IMG/VR virus record: IMGVR_UViG_3300024992_000003
Strand: one strand, 5' to 3'
Source: a virus
DNA length: 14,961 nucleotides
Position numbers and translations under genes: made by a program. Positions 12,127-14,961 of the stretch are shown here, one piece after another (within the stretch, counting starts at the first letter, position 1; each line of letters begins with the position of its first letter). The notes below the pieces were generated by a model. The model was given only the letters and a program-made list of their open reading frames with translations, did not search any database and was not told where the DNA came from.

Positions 12127-12434
12127 GCAAGAAATTCGACCCGGCCGCGTCGCTCAAGAACATCCTGGACGCGAAGCGTGGGAAGGAAACCATCTCTGAG
12201 GAGTCCGCCCCTCTTCAGGCCCCTCCCCCCTCCCCTGCCCCGGTGGAGTCGCCCCCAGCTCCCAAGGGGAGAGGCGGCAAGAGCAGCGATCCAAAGTACG
12301 TTCAATGCTCGGTTTATCTCCTCAGGACCACGCGAAAGCGTGTGAATCGAGCCTTGGACGACGAAGACGCAGGCCGCGATTTCAGTGAGCTCGTGGAAAC
12401 CCTTCTCAATCAATGGCTTGAGTCGAGTACCTGA
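12123..12434 (+). CDS. ParG-like ribbon-helix-helix centromere-binding protein candidate (103 aa)
   Basis: ATGA overlap with the parA stop; disordered Pro-rich N-terminus, then KYVQCSVYLLRTTRKRVNRALDDEDAGRDFSELVETLLNQWLE (RHH pattern). Confidence 0.7.
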   Translation: MSKKFDPAASLKNILDAKRGKETISEESAPLQAPPPSPAPVESPPAPKGRGGKSSDPKYVQCSVYLLRTTRKRVNRALDDEDAGRDFSELVETLLNQWLESST

Positions 12435-12525
12435 GTACCTAGGCATCGGAAGACGAAAGTATCGGGCTTGTTAGGTATCTAAGTGGCTAGGTATATAGGT
12501 ACTTGATAGGCTGCTTAGGTTAAAG
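12425..12525. repeat. Cluster of short repeats: GAGTACCT x2 in tandem, then six TAGG(T/C)(A/T) hexamers; candidate parS centromere
   Basis: gagtacct at 12425 and 12433. TAGG starts at 12440, 12472, 12488, 12496, 12507 and 12516 (three are exact TAGGTA). Related AGGTA/TACCT copies occur upstream of parA. Confidence 0.45.
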
Positions 12526-12621
12526 CTGATATCTGCTTTTACCGATTATGCGCAAAGGCGATATGGAGGATGACAGGCAAAACGGCAAAGCGTTTTGCAG
12601 GCGAAACCGGAATACGTACAA

Positions 12622-12891
12622 ATGAACGAAGCAGCGAAGCCATCCAGCGGCAAATTGCGAAAGCGGCAAAGCGGCAAGCCCGAAAGCCGGCCAGCATCAT
12701 CGAAGGTTAAAGCTACGATACATCTGAGCATCGAGGCCGATCAACGCTTAAACATTCACTGTGCGATGATGCGGAAGGATCGATCCGAGTTGATCGAAGA
12801 ACTCATCAACACGCATCTTCGCCGGTATGTCGTGTCGGACCGTGGAGGAGGAGAGCAGGGGGCCGGGGACGATGAAACTCCTGCGGACTGA
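12622..12891 (+). CDS. Second RHH-like small DNA-binding protein (89 aa)
   Basis: KVKATIHLSIEADQRLNIHCAMMRKDRSELIEELINTHLRRYVV parallels the RHH core of 12123-12434. Lower third-position GC than its neighbours; no clear SD; start uncertain (TTG 12595 or ATG 12622). Confidence 0.5.
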   Translation: MNEAAKPSSGKLRKRQSGKPESRPASSKVKATIHLSIEADQRLNIHCAMMRKDRSELIEELINTHLRRYVVSDRGGGEQGAGDDETPAD

Positions 12892-13009
12892 CTCCAGCCG
12901 CATGGGCGGGCCAGGGGCAGCGGGGTTCCGTAGGACGTGGGATGTGCTCGCCGGGCGAAGCGGTTTTGACTCTAATAGAGTCAGTCGAGTTCCCAGGGAG
13001 GTAGGCCCT

Positions 13010-13435
13010 ATGTACCATCGAACTATGGCTACAACCCTCAAATCCCCAAACTTCGCTGCTTGGCTGGACAAGGCGGTCGCCATCATGCCCCCGGACCTCG
13101 TCGAGGAACTGCACGTCTACGCGATGGCGCAAATGCGAGAACAGGCCCGTTCCCGCCGCCGGAGCCGACCCCGCAAGCGGAAGTTCCGGGTGGCGTCCAG
13201 CGTCCATACGGCATCCTTCCCGATTCGCCGGCCGACCCTGAATCCCTACGCCTATGCACTCGCGAAGGCCATGGAAGCCAAGGTCGAGGCACGTTTCGCC
13301 AGGGCCGCCCGGCCGCTCCCCGACGAACCTCGTTTCAACGAAGAAACCATGCAGGCCATCCGCGACACCGAGGCCGGGATAGGGGTCTCACGGTACAAGG
13401 ATGCCGCTGAGATGTTCGCCGACATGGGCCTTTGA
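13010..13435 (+). CDS. Type II antitoxin candidate (141 aa), RelB/DinJ-like C-terminal toxin-binding segment
   Basis: GGGAGG SD before ATG 13010. C-terminal FNEETMQAIRDTEAGIGVSRYKDAAEMFADMGL resembles the antitoxin tail commonly paired with YafQ/RelE toxins. Stop is 3 nt before the toxin start. Confidence 0.65.
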   Translation: MYHRTMATTLKSPNFAAWLDKAVAIMPPDLVEELHVYAMAQMREQARSRRRSRPRKRKFRVASSVHTASFPIRRPTLNPYAYALAKAMEAKVEARFARAARPLPDEPRFNEETMQAIRDTEAGIGVSRYKDAAEMFADMGL

Positions 13436-13438
13436 CGC

Positions 13439-13792
13439 ATGCCTGACAAGCGGCGATCGAAGGCGAAACGCAAATCGCGGCCGAAGGCCGAAGCGCCTCC
13501 CGTCCCCGAGGCACCCCGCGCCGACTTGACGGTCGTACCGGGAAGCCGATTCAAGCGTGACCTGGAGCGAATGAAGGCGCGGGGCAAAGACCTGAACAAG
13601 ATCGCGGCAGTGATCGACGCCCTTAAGGCCCATCGCCCCCTAGCGGCCAAACACGTCGATCATGGGCTGACGGGCAACCTGGAAGGGTATCGGGACTGCC
13701 ATGTCGAGCCGGATTGGGTGTTGATCTACAAACGCACCGCCGACCAGCTGCTGCTCTTCAGGACCGGAACCCACTCCGACCTGGACCTCTAG
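13439..13792 (+). CDS. yafQ: YafQ-family (RelE/ParE superfamily) type II toxin, mRNA interferase, with a ~27-aa basic N-terminal extension
   Basis: FKRDLERMKARGKDLNKI...L...HVDHGLTGNLEGYRDCHVEPDWVLIYKR..DQLLLFRTGTHSDL matches the YafQ consensus layout. Confidence 0.85.
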   Translation: MPDKRRSKAKRKSRPKAEAPPVPEAPRADLTVVPGSRFKRDLERMKARGKDLNKIAAVIDALKAHRPLAAKHVDHGLTGNLEGYRDCHVEPDWVLIYKRTADQLLLFRTGTHSDLDL

Positions 13793-13862
13793 GCTCGCCG
13801 CCTGCCAGCGTTATCGCCTGTCCGCCCGAATTCTCGCGAGGGTTGGGCAAGGGCGGGAGAGG

Positions 13863-14171
13863 TCAAAAGCCCCCGTACCTCGGCAGGCCGAGGGCCTTTC
13901 TCACGTTGCCGAGGATGGTCCCGAGATACCCTTGAAGCTCGACATAGGTCGCCTGGGCTTCGATGGCGCGGGACGGGATCGTCTTGGGCCATTGGAAGGG
14001 TTGCAGGTCCGGGACCGCCTTCTCCGCGACCTCCAGAAGTTCGTTGTACCGATCGATGAAATGGCGGCTGGCGTTCTTCACCAGATCTTTGACCGGCACC
14101 GGCCGCAGGGCGTTGGTCAGTTCAAGAATCGCCGCCTCGATCGCCCTGAGCGTTTCGTCCTCAGGTTTCAT
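13863..14171 (-). CDS. Hypothetical helical 102-aa protein
   Basis: ATG 14171 preceded by GGAGGG (cggaacGGAGGGttgagATG); coding-like codon bias; no motif recognised. Confidence 0.6.
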   Translation of the reverse strand: MKPEDETLRAIEAAILELTNALRPVPVKDLVKNASRHFIDRYNELLEVAEKAVPDLQPFQWPKTIPSRAIEAQATYVELQGYLGTILGNVRKALGLPRYGGF

Positions 14172-14638
14172 CTCAACCCTCCGTTCCGTGAAACATGCGT
14201 GGAACGCGGGGCCGATTCTCGCTGTCGCCATGCACGCGGTCAACCGGGCGATCGTCCCTCGACGATGAGGGCGAAAGCGAACCACGGGTCAGCATTCGGC
14301 CCGGTCGCCGATGCTCGCTGGAACGCTCAGGCGGAATTCAGGGCAAGATTCCTGGAATCTCCTGTAAGAAGCCTTAGAGCGTCCTATTTCCTAGATGGCG
14401 GCCCTAGACGCCACCTTCCGCGGCTTTCCCAGAAGCCGCTACGCTGTCAGGCAAGTCAAATAGCAGGGGTCGCATAATCGGCCGGATTCAACGTCTCTGA
14501 CGCCTGCGCCTGACGCGTCTGCCGGAGATGGGCCACTTTCGCGCCTCCTTGATCGTTTGGCGCGCGCATCCTTAGCAAGGCGAGGAATCGAGAGAGACTC
14601 AAGTCTCCTCGATCAAACGTCGATAATTAGCTGGGGGT

Positions 14639-14824
14639 GTGGGCGATTTCGGCCGCAAGCCCCTCAACAGAGCCTCGGTCGACATCAGGAAACGGGATCA
14701 GTGCTCGGACGCCACCCACCCCACAGGGAGGGAGGCCGGTTCGCGGGCCCGCGTGGACATCTATATTCACGCGAGCCCCGTCGCGCGCTCGTCGGAAGAC
14801 GGCCGTTCTACGGTGCCGGTGTAA
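14639..14824 (+). CDS. Possible 61-aa protein (GTG start)
   Basis: Clearly the highest third-position GC of the overlapping frames here; followed by the 12-bp hairpin at 14869-14900 (= 35-66); no convincing SD. Confidence 0.3.
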   Translation: MGDFGRKPLNRASVDIRKRDQCSDATHPTGREAGSRARVDIYIHASPVARSSEDGRSTVPV

Positions 14825-14834
14825 TCTGAGGTGA

Positions 14835-14961
14835 CCCCGCCGCCGACGCGTGTTCGTCGACGGGAAGGGCTTCCCAGGGGCCTGTCCGCCCCTGGGAAGC
14901 CGGTGATAGGACCCCCAACGCCCGCCAGGCGAAAGGAACCCCAACGATGAATTCTACATCC
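14835..14961. repeat. Second copy of the terminal direct repeat (= 1-127)
   Basis: Identical to 1-127, including the start of the 113-331 ORF. Confidence 0.95.

Noticed and set aside
1-14961. Integrase/recombinase, att sites, transposase or IS ends that would make this an integrative element
   Set aside because: No ORF shows tyrosine- or serine-recombinase or DDE motifs. The only long terminal repeat is the 127-bp assembly overlap.

Overview
The two ends of the window are identical (1-127 = 14835-14961). This is therefore almost certainly a complete circular replicon of about 14,834 bp with high GC, not a chromosomal slice.

It combines two parts:

(i) A plasmid-type maintenance backbone on the + strand:
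- a winged-helix Rep-like protein with GTTCAACA iterons inside its own ORF
- a small RHH protein
- a ParA (KGGVGKTT) / ParG-like RHH pair flanked by AGGTA/TAGGTA repeats
- a second RHH protein
- a DinJ/RelB-like antitoxin with a YafQ-family toxin

(ii) A stripped-down HK97-type phage head module on the - strand:
- an HNH endonuclease
- a run of small ORFs
- a ~38-codon remnant of a P27-type small terminase
- a small HTH protein
- the major capsid protein
- two tandem paralogues
- a strong intrinsic terminator
- a 78-aa protein
- an S78 prohead protease

No portal, large terminase, tail, lysis or integrase gene fits in the remaining space.

The main candidate for something new is this 'capsid plus protease on a partitioned plasmid' architecture. 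It could be a helper-dependent satellite or a portal-less, encapsulin-like shell.

Other signals worth follow-up:
- 27-bp perfect inverted arrays of a 9-mer next to the HNH gene
- a parA gene with no canonical start codon
- a recurrent CCCCTGGGA motif in intergenic regions

All family names come from motif recognition by eye and no searches were run. 'M' in the ORF track can stand for GTG or TTG. Many long ORFs in the track are high-GC antisense or overlap artefacts, and several starts were moved to internal ATGs with Shine-Dalgarno-like sequences.
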